From Gnetum montanum (taxonomy: Eukaryota; Plantae; Gnetophyta), in NCBI GenBank assembly GCA_015680685.1, contig MNCI01000001.1:192524-256523 (forward strand): DNA of 64,000 nt, given 5' to 3'. Made by a program: the position numbers and the translations under genes. Position 1 is the stretch's first letter. Each line of letters begins with the position of its first letter. A model generated the notes under the pieces. It was not told the DNA's origin, ran no database searches, and saw only the letters and a program-made list of their open reading frames with translations. This document shows positions 52,470-64,000 of the stretch, in pieces.

Positions 52470-53520
52470 TTAGAAGGTCCTTAAGATCTTCAAGATAATG
52501 GACTATACCCCTACACAACAAACTTATTTGGCTACTTATTAGTTTCTTGGGATTTTTAGATATTTGTAGATGACTTAGGAGAAGTCTTATCATTAGGAAG
52601 AGTATGTTGTTTATTAGAGGGATTTTCTAGATACTTTCTATGCTCATTGAATTTCTTTGAAGTTTATAAAGATGAAGAATTAGGAGTTTTACCAACTATA
52701 GTAGGGAAGTCAGACTATGATAAAGTACAACTACAAGTTTTTGGAGTTGATCATGTAAGTAGTTCATATACATTTGGATGAGAAGTCTAGGACCAATCAT
52801 TTTTTATGATTTTCATGAATCCATCAAGGATCATTTTCTCTCTTTACATCTTTAGATGTATAAGGATGATTAAATTCATGTGCTAGATCTAAAGTGTAGT
52901 TATTTAGTTAAATTAGAACTCTAATGAAAAATATGATGGATATAAGCAAACCTAGAGATCATGCAGAAGTCCTACCAACAAGTAATAGGTGGTTGGACAA
53001 CTCATGGATCCATTACTTACCATGCTTGTCAAAAAGGTAGGTACATTTGTAGGGAATGTTCCAATTGTTATATCTATGGTCAGGTAGGTCACAAAAGGTT
53101 CAACTATCTAAAGTTTTAAGACGTGGAAGTTCTTAGTAGAAGGGTAAATATACTAGTAGTCAAAATGATACCAAGTTGTACGCACATGTGTAAGCCTAAA
53201 ATATCAAGTAGTTGATGCTCAACCTAACATTATGATGAACAATGGAGGTATGATTTTTGAGTTACGAGTTTTGATTCCATTTGATCTTGGTTTGAGACAT
53301 CATTTCATTGATCTATGAGTAGTTTGATTATGTGATGCTTTTGTGCATAACGTAGAACAAGAATATAGGTCTATATCCTTGATAATTAAAAAGTCAATTT
53401 GGTTTAGTGATCTCCACATCATGAACCTAAGGGACTATGATGTTATCTTCACTATGGATTTTTTAATGTCCCCATTCCCAAATGGTGTTGTTACATAATG
53501 AGAATGTTATCTCCTCATAA
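52470..53520 (+). pseudogene. gag: Tekay-type gag-protease remnant
   Basis: KIFKIMDYTPTQQTYLATY*FLG; two decayed CCHC knuckles (~53015-53110); protease FDLGLRHHFI and DYDVIFTMDFL. Confidence 0.72.
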
Positions 53521-53536
53521 GTAATCTTGATATTAG

Positions 53537-54030
53537 TCTAACAAGACTCAAAAGGACAAGTTTTAATTAAGATCCAAAAGGGTGCATTGGAATAATAGAC
53601 ATGTCTCTTAAGGTGGTATTTGGAGGTTTAACCTAAGGTATTTATACCTGAGCATTAGAGGTCAAATTATCATGGAGTTACAAAGCTAGGAAAGGGAAGT
53701 AACAAGAGCTAGGTAAAGTAGGATAAAATAGGATTATCCATATGTTTTGGCTAGCTATAGACCTAACTATGGTGGTAGTCATGAATTACCTCTAGGAGAT
53801 AAATGCTAATGAAAGATAACTACAAGAAATACGCAAAGTACAATCCAAATACACTATTCTACTTCAATAAAACATTCTTTTTCTTTATCCTTCTATATTT
53901 TTCCTATTATTTTCTTAACACTTATTGTCAAATGCTACATATATTTGGCTTTTACTATATTATCTTCTTATGAAAAACATCTAATATAATGTATATTTGA
54001 TGTTTGTCATGATATACAAGAATAAGATGT
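53537..54030 (+). repeat. Dispersed LTR-like repeat, copy B (insert may extend to ~54392, separating PR from RT)
   Basis: Homologous to 42475-42915. Confidence 0.62.
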
Positions 54031-54404
54031 CATGGACAGGTTGTCTTACTGTTAGGATAGTTTGGATTATTATTATAAGGTACTTTCCTTAGTGATAAAT
54101 GATGGTGTTTAGGTGATAATGCATACTTAGCCATGTAAGGTCAGGTTGGATCTTGTGTCTTCAAAATCATTTCATTTTTTATCAAGGAAAATAAAATTTT
54201 ATTTCATTTTTTTAGTAATTACACTTCCTTTTTCACTTAAGATTAATTAGATTCTCATTACTTGTGACTTTTCTAATGTTTTTCATTGTAAGTTATCTCA
54301 TCTACCAAAAAGTTGTGATTTTGAGTTTGATATTTATCTTTAATCCAATATTAAACAAATCTTTAGGATTTCACACAAGATGTTCCCTTCTCAAGTTATC
54401 ATAA

Positions 54405-54757
54405 TTAAAGAATAAACTATAGGAGTTTCTTGGCAAGACTTTGATTCATCCAAGTGTGCCTCCTTAGGATGCTCTTGTCCTCTTTCTAAGGAAGAAGGAT
54501 GGTAGTATGTGGTTTCATATTGATTACTTGGAGTTGAATTAGGTGATAATGAAGAAAACGTATTATATTTAATGCATAGATGAATTTTTTGATCAGTTGA
54601 GGGAATCTTGGGTATTATAAAAGGTAGATCTAAAGTCAGGGTATTACCAAGTCTACATATGAAAAGAGGATGTCCCCAAGATAGCCTTTCGGACATGGTA
54701 TGAATATTATGAGTTCTTGGTCTTATCATTTGGACTCATTAATGGCATTATCATTTG
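54405..54757 (+). pseudogene. pol: Tekay-type reverse transcriptase N-terminal remnant
   Basis: IHPSVPP*DALVLFLRKKDGSMWFHIDYLELN...DEFFDQL...KVDLKSGYYQ...EDVPKIAFRTWYEYYEFLVLSFGLIN. Confidence 0.85.
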
Positions 54758-54769
54758 GGAGAAAATAGC

Positions 54770-55127
54770 CAATTACCAAATCAAGTAAACAACAAAAATA
54801 ATATTTTCCATGACTTCTTTCCTCAAACATAACTTTCTCTTCTTCTCATGTAACATCCACACATATTAAGATAATTAATAGAGAAAATTCCATAAAAGAA
54901 CTATTTCCAAAAATATCCTAATAATTATTTTATAATAAAACTGAAACTACTTTAATAAAATATAATCCAAGTAGCTACCAACACTACATAATAAGGATGT
55001 TCATAAAAGATACTCTAGGAAATATAAGCAAATCAAAGATCATCACCCATGCATTTCTTCCAACCAATCCTCTCATAAGATCTTGTTACATTTAATAATA
55101 AGATTAGTTCACATTTGCTAAATGGAA

Positions 55128-55162
<35 letters not shown>

Positions 55163-55381
55163 TATACCTATACATGTAAATATGTCAAAATACATAAATC
55201 CCAAAAGATACACAACTTTAATACATCCATGAATCTTAAGACTCATCATCATGAAACATCAAATGGAAAACCATAAAATATATCAAACCGATAACATGCA
55301 TAATACATACCCAAGCATAAGAATTACAATCTAGAAAAAGAATCATACGTACCAAGGATACCAAAGATAAGTGTTATTACC
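54770..55381 (-). repeat. 5' fragment of the Tekay LTR family, with a (TA)n microsatellite at ~55129-55152
   Basis: The reverse complement gtaataacacttatctttggtatccttgg...gcttgggtatgtattatgcatgttat matches the start of the LTR at 46371. Confidence 0.72.
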
Positions 55382-58300
55382 ATATGTGCCTAGTATGGGA
55401 ATGAACCACTTGTGAATGCTTAGTAGCTTGGCATTGTAAGTGAGTGAGCTCAAGAATATTTCCTAGAAGTGCCATTGGTTGTATTTCATAAGACACTTAG
55501 TTGGTATTCTATTTATATGATAGTGACTTGATGAGCCTAATGGTTTGACCAAGACTACTTTTTTCCATCTCTATTCATTACTTGCATATTTTAATTATGG
55601 ATTGGATATCTAGCGAAGCCATACCTTATGTTCTTGCATACCTTAGGTTGTTTGGTTGATGGTATTACATTTTAGAGTATTTTTATTTATTCAGAGTGCA
55701 AGATAGACATGCTCTTATTGATTCCTATGTTTATGTCTTTATTTTTTGTGTTCATGTTCTTCAGTATGTACATTTAATTCATGCTGTCTAGGGCTAGTGT
55801 CCTATAACTCAGTTATGGGGAAGAGAAACAATTAGGTATGTATTCTTTAATTCACTCTTATATCATTCATCATACCCTTATATATTATTAACATTCGACT
55901 ATGATTTTTTTCTTCATGGTTTCTTTAGGAATTACACTTACTATTGTTTTTGTACATTATTTTTCAATGGTGGTTGAATTCTTAAAGATTTAACATAATT
56001 TTAAGCATTGTTACTATCTAACATATTTAGGAAGATGTACAATATATATCTAAGGCCAATATAGAAACATATTGGCAATATGATATTAGGCCTTATTATA
56101 TAGATCAACATAAAGACAATATCTATTGATCTCACCAAAAGAATAATAGTACATCTATAGATGAAAGGATGGTATGCCCAAACTTCAAGTAAAGGGCATG
56201 CATAATAATCAAAATCCAAGTTCTAGCCACAATATTTTTCAAATATCTTCATTAAGCTCGAGGGACTTTCAGTTTTGCAAACATGCCAAGGGACTCTTCT
56301 TATTAATTACCATCCCTTGGCTTCTCTTTTTAGAATGGAAATCTTGTAATATATATTGTATAAAAGTTATTTGTACATTTGTAATTCCTCGACATTGGCC
56401 TTATTATGTATCTAGTCCTTGTTTTTTTATCTTAAGTTTTAAAGCTATGAAGATTTACTCAATCATAGAAGAATGATGTTGTATCCAATGGCATTTTGTA
56501 TGTCTATTATAAGCTATGGATTTGGAAAGTATTTCATGTGTCCTATGTTTATAGTCCTAGCATGTTTGATTATGGTTTGCATCTTCTAGGTATGTTCAAT
56601 TATCTCTCATATTTGAATTTTTAGTTTTGCGCATGTCTCAAGGTTAGGAAATTTTGACCTAATTCAATTGTCTTGGGGTTATTTCCATAGTTCTCTTAGA
56701 TTTCATATGTAATCAAGGATCAACACTTGAAATCCTAGTAAGGGGTTGCACTAAGAATTGAATGTCTCTTTAATGTTTTCACCAATTTTAATATATTTAT
56801 AATTATTCTAATATTTTTATATAATCTTGTTACTATTATTTTTGACTTGGATGTTAGGAAATTAAACTATTTTTAATTAGTGAATAGGTTAGGTTTCATA
56901 CACATGGAGCTATTATTACTATATTTTCAAGTTTTATTTTCACTTCATTTACATCTTTTACTTCTATGTGCTTATTTTTTAGATTCCTATTATTTATCTA
57001 TCATATTTTCTTTAGAATTTTAATTTTTTTTCTTAATTTGAATTTTATTTTTATCTATATATTTGATTCATTCTTAAGTTGTATTTAAATTTTATTAGTA
57101 TATTTTTCTAGTCACATCTTATGATTTTTCTTAGTAGGGTATTACATACTTATTTTACATCTATAGCCATTTATATAAATTATGCTATATAATTAACCTT
57201 AATTTCCTATGTTTTTAACACTATGAACATGCCATACCTATCCAAAATTTCAACTAGTTATCATTAGGTGAAGATGAAGTAATTTCACATTGAGGCCAAA
57301 AGTTGATGAATTGAAAGTCTCAAAATGTATCTATACTGAGAGGTAATAGTAAGTAACAATCATACAAACAGGTAAAAATGGTGGTAATAGTAGTAATAAT
57401 AGATAAAAATAGTAGTAACCATGATAATAGTAGGAGACAATGATTAAAACTATTGTAATAGTAGGTAACAATCATTGTAATAGTGGAAAATTATGGCAAT
57501 TAGAATAACAAATAAGTATTAGATCAATAATAAAAAATAGGGTAAGATAAACATAGAAAAGAATAATAAAAATGCATATCTAAAAAGGGTTGAGTTTTAA
57601 GAGTCAAAGTGATGAATGAAAAATTATTTTCTTTACATTGAAAGATTAGTTGACAACAAAACTTTATGAAAGAAGAACAAGTTCAAATCTTGAATGCTTC
57701 AAAAGATCTTTCACTTACAGCCACAAGAAAGAAAATAGAGGTATAGAAATATATAATTGATGTTAAGATATACAACATTATCAAGTATTTATTAGCATAA
57801 ATTTAAGATTTAAAAAATAACAATTATATAATATCATTTCTAAGATCAAGTTATATGTTTCCTCAAAATGATTCAAATGGTTTACTAGTGGGTTTAAAGT
57901 CATCGAGAACATATGATAATAAACCCACATGTTCAAGACTAGAATCCAAGATGAAATAAAAAATAACCAAAAATAAATCATCATCATCCTAGTCTTGTTA
58001 CAAAAAAATGGGATCAACTATATGAGTTAGATTGAGTCATTTCTCCCTATAAAGGGCTAGTTCTTTGTTCTAGGCAATGATGATGCATGTCATTACTATA
58101 TTCTTAATTTTTTATAAACTTTATAACAAGATAAAATATAAACATAAATAAAGTACTAGCAATGTGTCACCACCACCTTTCCTATCCATCAGATGAAGCA
58201 CAAAGTCATTAATTACCAAAGACTAAGAACTACTATAAGTCAAAAATACTAAATAATAATAATTTCAAAAAATGTAATAAGATCAAGGTCAAAGTTTAAA

Positions 58301-58779
58301 CCTTAAAAAATATAAAACATAGTAAAGAATCTATAGTTGTCAAGATATCCAAGAATTGAATCTCATCAATGTAGAATGGGTTATTCCAAAATAAATTATA
58401 CACAAACTTACAATATAAACCATGATATTCTAGTGATAAATAAAATATCACAAATACATGTAAATTAAATAAAAGTAAGGGCATAAACCTCAAGATGTGT
58501 AATCATAAGTATAAGAATGATAGATTCATTAGAATATACTAGTATTTATTACTAGGCATAATACAATATAATATTAGATCATATTACATCAAAGTATATC
58601 CTTATGCTCAAGAACCTAACATAAGAATAACATACCTAAGATCCTAGTGGGGTATTAAAATTAAGACTCAAAGAGGAAGTATCATCAAATTTATTTAATT
58701 CATAAACCATTTTTTTATGAAAAAGCATGAAAATGAAAAAAGTATTTCTACAATTAGTATGAAAAGCATTATTATATGA

Positions 58780-60009
58780 AAATTTAAGATTGGCTAGCAT
58801 ATTCTCCATCTTTGAGATTGATTCTCACATAAACATTTTAATATTTTCAACATCTATAAGTTAAGGCTACTCCTTGATTACCTTAACCTTACTTAACTTC
58901 ATGTTTACTTAATTTCTCGAGATAACCTAATCTAGATAGATAATATCTCTTTTTATAAAATCACACTTCTTGCCATTAATGATAAATTAATCTCTCTACA
59001 ACTTTGAGTACACCATCCTTAGTTATTTCACATGCTCATCTTTAATAGAATTATAGATAAAAATATCATTAAAGAAAGAAATACAATATTTGCCATTAAG
59101 GTCTCTCAAAACATCATGCATATGACTCATGAATGTGGCTAGAGCATTATTTAGCATAGAAATCATGACTAAATATTTAGAAAAACCATTAGGAATTTTA
59201 AATGACGTTTTCCATTCAAATCCTACTCTAATTTTAATTTGATAATAGTAACATTTCATATTAATCTTAGAAAATATTTTAGCATTCGTTAAATTATCAA
59301 GACTGTTATTCATACTAGAAATATGAAATTTGTTCTTAATAGTGATTCTATTAATAGATCTAGAATCAATCTCTATTATCATTTTATTAGTATTCTTTAG
59401 GAAACAAAAATTTCTAGGATGACACATGGAGAAATAGATTTCATGATAAGATCATTGGAATGTAATTTACTTGTTTGTAAAATTTCTTTTTCTAATGTGA
59501 ACTCATCTAGTAATCTCTCTTATTTGAAACAATTTCTCTAAGCATGAAATTTATTTTATGCTAAATGAATTTCATTGGTGAAATTCCTTCTAATTTATCT
59601 TTGAAGACATTGGAAAACTATTGTGCTAAATATTATACTTCTATTGGAAGTTCATTTTTATGGCTTCTCTTTACATGTTGCAATAGTGGAAACAATAACA
59701 AAAGCGTGAACAATTTCTTCATGAGCTTTTAGATATTCCTTCTTAATAAGTAAAACCAAAAAAGCATTAATAGGAAAATTCTCCTTATATTACAAGAATA
59801 CCATAGGAATTAATTGATTTATTCCATCTTTATTAGGCATTGATCATAGATTCCTTGCTTCATCAAATATAGCCTTGTTATCACAATTTCTAGGTCTACA
59901 AAATATGACATTAGTACTATCTATGAGAAAACTTTGACATTGTACTTGGTCTCTAAAAAAATCTTAAATGATAAAATGTATCTTTCCTTTACTTCTTAGA
60001 AATGATCTC
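58780..60009 (-). pseudogene. pol: CRM-like chromovirus protease/RT remnant
   Basis: DSRSINRITIKNKFHI...FSKINMKCYYYQIKIRVGFEWKTSFK...LVM...NALATFM...VLRDL.GK...FFNDIFIYN...EH (compare CRM DSRAIN.../GDEWKTAFKT). Interrupted at 60010. Confidence 0.78.
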
Positions 60010-63000
60010 TATAATATCCTTCTTCCTAAACCTTAGGTTGGAGAGCATTATGTTTGGTAAAACCCCTAATAAAGGATTGGCCATGGCATGAAAGAAAGAT
60101 AACGAATGACATACAAAGTAAAAGAAACGAAAAAGAACCTTGCATGAAGCCATGACTCAAGAAAAAAAAAGATAAAACTAAATAACATAGGAAAAGGAAA
60201 TACATAAACATATAATTATGTTAAACATATATGCTAGAAACCATATCTAACTAGATCAAAAAATAATACAAACATTTATTAAAAAGTATGAAAAGAATAA
60301 GAGAATTAAATAAACTAAAAATTTTAACCTTCATAAATATATGATCAACATAATATCAATGGTCTAGACCAACCAAATTTCATAAATTCAAAATACAAAA
60401 GAAAAGGAAATAATGTCTAATAGAATATTAAAATGTATAATACATAAATAGTCAAAGCTCAAATATAATATACCATAATAAATAATGCTAGAAATAAATT
60501 AGAAAACCATCCATGATCTCCAATCTTCACCTAATCCAATCATCCTATAAATAAAATGGAATATCAACATAAAACTACGTGAGGAACCTTGGCACCATTT
60601 CCAATTGAAGAATGGATAGATCTCATGGGATCTAGGTGGAGCATGAATATCTAGCAAAATATGTTAACTTAATAACATCTAAACAAACATAACAAATGTA
60701 CATACACACATTTAACCACAAAACATTACCAATAGCATTATTTATCAACTCTAATTATGATAACAATAACAAGGAGGTTAGCACACCCTGTAATCACTGT
60801 CAAATCTGTATCAAAGATGTTATTTAAACTTTACCAAATTTCAAAGCTAAAATGTATCCAAACCAATTATCAAATTATCATGTGCATGGATTTATTATTA
60901 GTCTAAAGTTGAATGAGAACCATCATCAGTACTCACTTCATACATTCCCAATGTATAGATACTAGAGACATATAATAGTGCTCATTTCTATTGAAAAGAA
61001 TTAGTGAGCCATGGAATCATCCTATCATCTACAATGAGATTTACAATGAAAGCCAAATTGATGCATTCTAGTAAGGATCAATTACCAAACATCTCTACAA
61101 AGCCTCTCTTCAACTAGTCATACAAAATTTCTTCTAGCTCTAGCAATTAATCAATCTAGAAATTAATTAATCAATTTCTTCAACATAGTAATCCAAACTA
61201 ATGATGAAGGGTAAAACAAAATCAAAAGTTCCAACTCACAAGGAAATATAGGTATCTAAGGGATCCTCATAAATGACACTAGTTCTAAGAATGATATACC
61301 ATCATTAATACCTAAATAACTCACATGAAACTTTAGTATAATGAGAGAATCACAATTATCATCCAAAAATATCTAACATATCTAAAATAATGTTGCAATC
61401 ACATTAACTAATTGAAAAAGGAAATTCTTAATCATTTCTTCCAAGAAAATTGATTAACCCACAATAATAGGAAGACTAGAATCACTAATATCCAATAACC
61501 ATGAATTCATTCATCAAGAATTTGAAAAAAACAATAAGATTAAGATAAAAAATAATTGATGAGAAAAGCCAAAAAAAAAACTAATTTTTAGTTCAATAAA
61601 TGCTCAATCATGCATGGAAAGTGTTTCATAGTTGAGAATCCAAAAGAAAATATATTAGATTTAACAAAGATAGAATATTAAATAGGGTCATAAGAAGCTT
61701 TGGGGTTAAAGAAAATCAAGTACCAGGCTCAACTAAAGAACCAAACTTCATAAGAGATAAGTTTGTTATAGAGTTGAGCTTGCAAGGATGATATCTTTGA
61801 AAATAGGAGATGTCCTGGGAAAGACATCCATATGAGAAAGGGATATGTTTATAGAAGGAATAGACATATTTAATAGAGTGGAGATATCTATAGTCTAGGA
61901 GGGACATTTACACTAGAGAGGAGACATCTTGGGTATTCTAGAGATGTCTTTCTAGATGAGATGACATGCAAGGAAGATGTCTCTTTGAGACTAAAGACAT
62001 CTAGGTTAAGTTGAAAAAACCCAAGATTCAATTGGAATAAAGTCAGAAAAATGAGAAACAACAAGGAAACCATAGGCCAAGAATCTAACAATCCAAAAAC
62101 AAGAATATATGATGAACAACAATGATCTATTGGTAGTATTAGTGTAAGAAAATCAAATTGACATAGATATAGGATAGGAATCTTACAATGAAGAAAATTA
62201 TACCCACATGACTAAAAAGAATAATATTTACAATAGAAAAATGATTTAATTAGAACCATTAGGAAAGAAAAGAAATAGTAATACCATATTACAAGATCTT
62301 AGAATTGATAATGGAAAGATATATCAAGGTAAGTTAATGATAATGAACGAGAATCCCAAGATTTCAAATTGTCCATCAAATCAAGTCAATTCATGACATC
62401 TCTTCAAATTAGAGATAATAAAGAAGAAGAAATATGTAAGATTTAATCATTTAATTACAAACAATAGTGGCCAAATGATTAGCAAAATCTAGTTCCACAA
62501 TATTTTTTATATTATTTATAACAAAATTCATACTCAAAATCAATAAAAATAATAATACTATAAATCATGAATTTCACACATACTAATCTTTTAGAGCAAT
62601 ATTCCAAGGCATCCAAGCCAATACCAATTAGCCTACAAATATCATAATAATATAGAATTTAATATCACCAAACCCATCCCAAAAATGCACAAAATCCTAT
62701 AAATCTAATTAAAAAAGAAGTCAATATTACTCATCATCAAATTTCCATGAAGAAATGCACATGAAAAAAGAGAAACATAGCAACGATCTAGTTACAAGTA
62801 TAATAGATCCAAAATTTACCAACATCATCACTAGCTTCAATCTCCCATAATGCCTCTCTATCATGTTTCAAGAATCATCATGATGTGTGAAATGAAAGAG
62901 CTATGGTAGTTATAATAAAATATTAACAAAACTCATAAAAAGGAAAAAATTAGCTAATTACTAAAATAAGAGTTAAACTAAAAGAATATTTCCATTAATC

Positions 63001-63503
63001 TCTCTGACCACATACATAACTTCATCTATTCTCATATAACAACCACACATTAAAAAAATAATCAATAATGCATATGCTAATAATCACTAACAAAATAACC
63101 TAATGAATCTCATAAAATAATATTAAAAACTAATTGCATTAAATATAAACTAATTAGGTACAAGCATAACATAATAAACATGGTTGGAATATATTATTTA
63201 AGAAACATTAAGAAAACCATAGATCATCAATCATGCCATGCTCATAGCCAACCTTTCATGAAATCCTACCACAATCAACAATAGGAATGCTACACATATT
63301 GTGAATTGGAACATATATAACAAAATATACATAATAACATTAATTCATATATGCATCTAAAGCTCATCATCATTAAATATTAAGTGCTCAATCATAAAAA
63401 GATATCAAAATGATAACATACATAACATACACATAGGCAAAGAAACATAATCTTGATAATGGATTTTACATACCAAGGATCCCAAAAAATATAAGGTGTT
63501 ATA
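60010..63503 (-). repeat. Complete Tekay LTR (3494 bp; termini eroded to TATAAC...TTATA)
   Basis: Colinear with 46371-49969 over its whole length. Confidence 0.85.
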
Positions 63504-64000
63504 TCCTTTCCCCTTAAGAATCTTCCTCTAGTTTGATCTTAGGATGAGAAGAACCTAAGTAAGATTCAAGCTTTCAAATAGCCTCTTAATAACCATAATC
63601 AGTCCACAAGACCTTTACTTTGGATGCCACTGTACTGCATAAGTGATGCTCCATGTAGTCAACAATCATAATGGGATGCTTCACATATGAGACATCAACT
63701 TGAAGTTGTACCTTGTACCAATCAACAACATGACTATTATCAGGAACATAGTTTCATAACATAAAGATATGAAACATATCATGCATGCTCAAAAGCTATG
63801 GAGGCAAAACAAAATGATACACAACCTATTCTATACGTTGAAGAATGTTAACTAACCTAATGTAATGAGATGAAAGCTTTATTTCCTACTAAAACATATT
63901 AAGCCTTTTAAGGGATAGACATGAATAACCATATTTTTATGAATTACAAACTTAATAGGCCTACTCCTATTGTTTGCATTCCTCACCTAGTGATCTTGAG
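60010..64000 (-). mobile_element. 3' part of a Tekay/Del chromovirus (integrase tail, chromodomain, PPT, 3' LTR) continuing beyond the window; inserted in the CRM-like remnant
   Basis: Minus-strand VASKVKVLWTDYGY*EAI*KLE chromodomain (~63565-63630); PPT ttaaggggaaagga (63504-63517); LTR 63503-60010. Confidence 0.88.

Noticed and set aside
54391-54729. 112-aa minus-strand ORF
   Set aside because: Antisense shadow of the plus-strand Tekay RT remnant.
55382-58780. Short hydrophobic ORFs (56001-58493), as in other AT-rich stretches
   Set aside because: F/I/L/Y-rich peptides are expected by chance in AT-rich decayed repeats; no family could be assigned.

Overview
Gene-free, AT-rich, CpG-depleted plant heterochromatin-type window made almost entirely of old, nested, mutated transposons. 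I found no intact host gene and no RNA gene. From left to right: (1) the 3' end of an Athila-like element (1-1344, LTR spanning an N gap); (2) a truncated Tekay-type LTR; (3) a young CpG-rich repeat island (about 8.2-8.9 kb); (4) a Copia (SIRE-like) gag remnant; (5) a large Tat/Ogre-type Ty3 element, Tat-A (11320-38225; tRNA-Asn PBS; RT-RH-aRH-INT order), inserted into that gag; (6) a full-length Athila-like element (25089-35672, minus, TSD ATAGT) inside the Tat-A integrase; (7) a related Tat element, Tat-B, inside the Tat-A 3' LTR; (8) Tekay chromovirus, hAT-like and CRM-like remnants. The most notable feature is a ~5.6 kb spacer between protease and RT in Tat-A. It holds a decayed 7-exon, ~920-codon gene on the antisense strand (17162-20631), and the splices I could test keep the frame. 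The spacer also has candidate sense-strand splice sites, like an Ogre intron, and is followed by a further unrecognised ORF remnant. Several LTR families also carry their own arrays of short CpG-containing motifs, now eroded by deamination. All calls come from manual reading; boundaries described as approximate are uncertain, and no database search was run.
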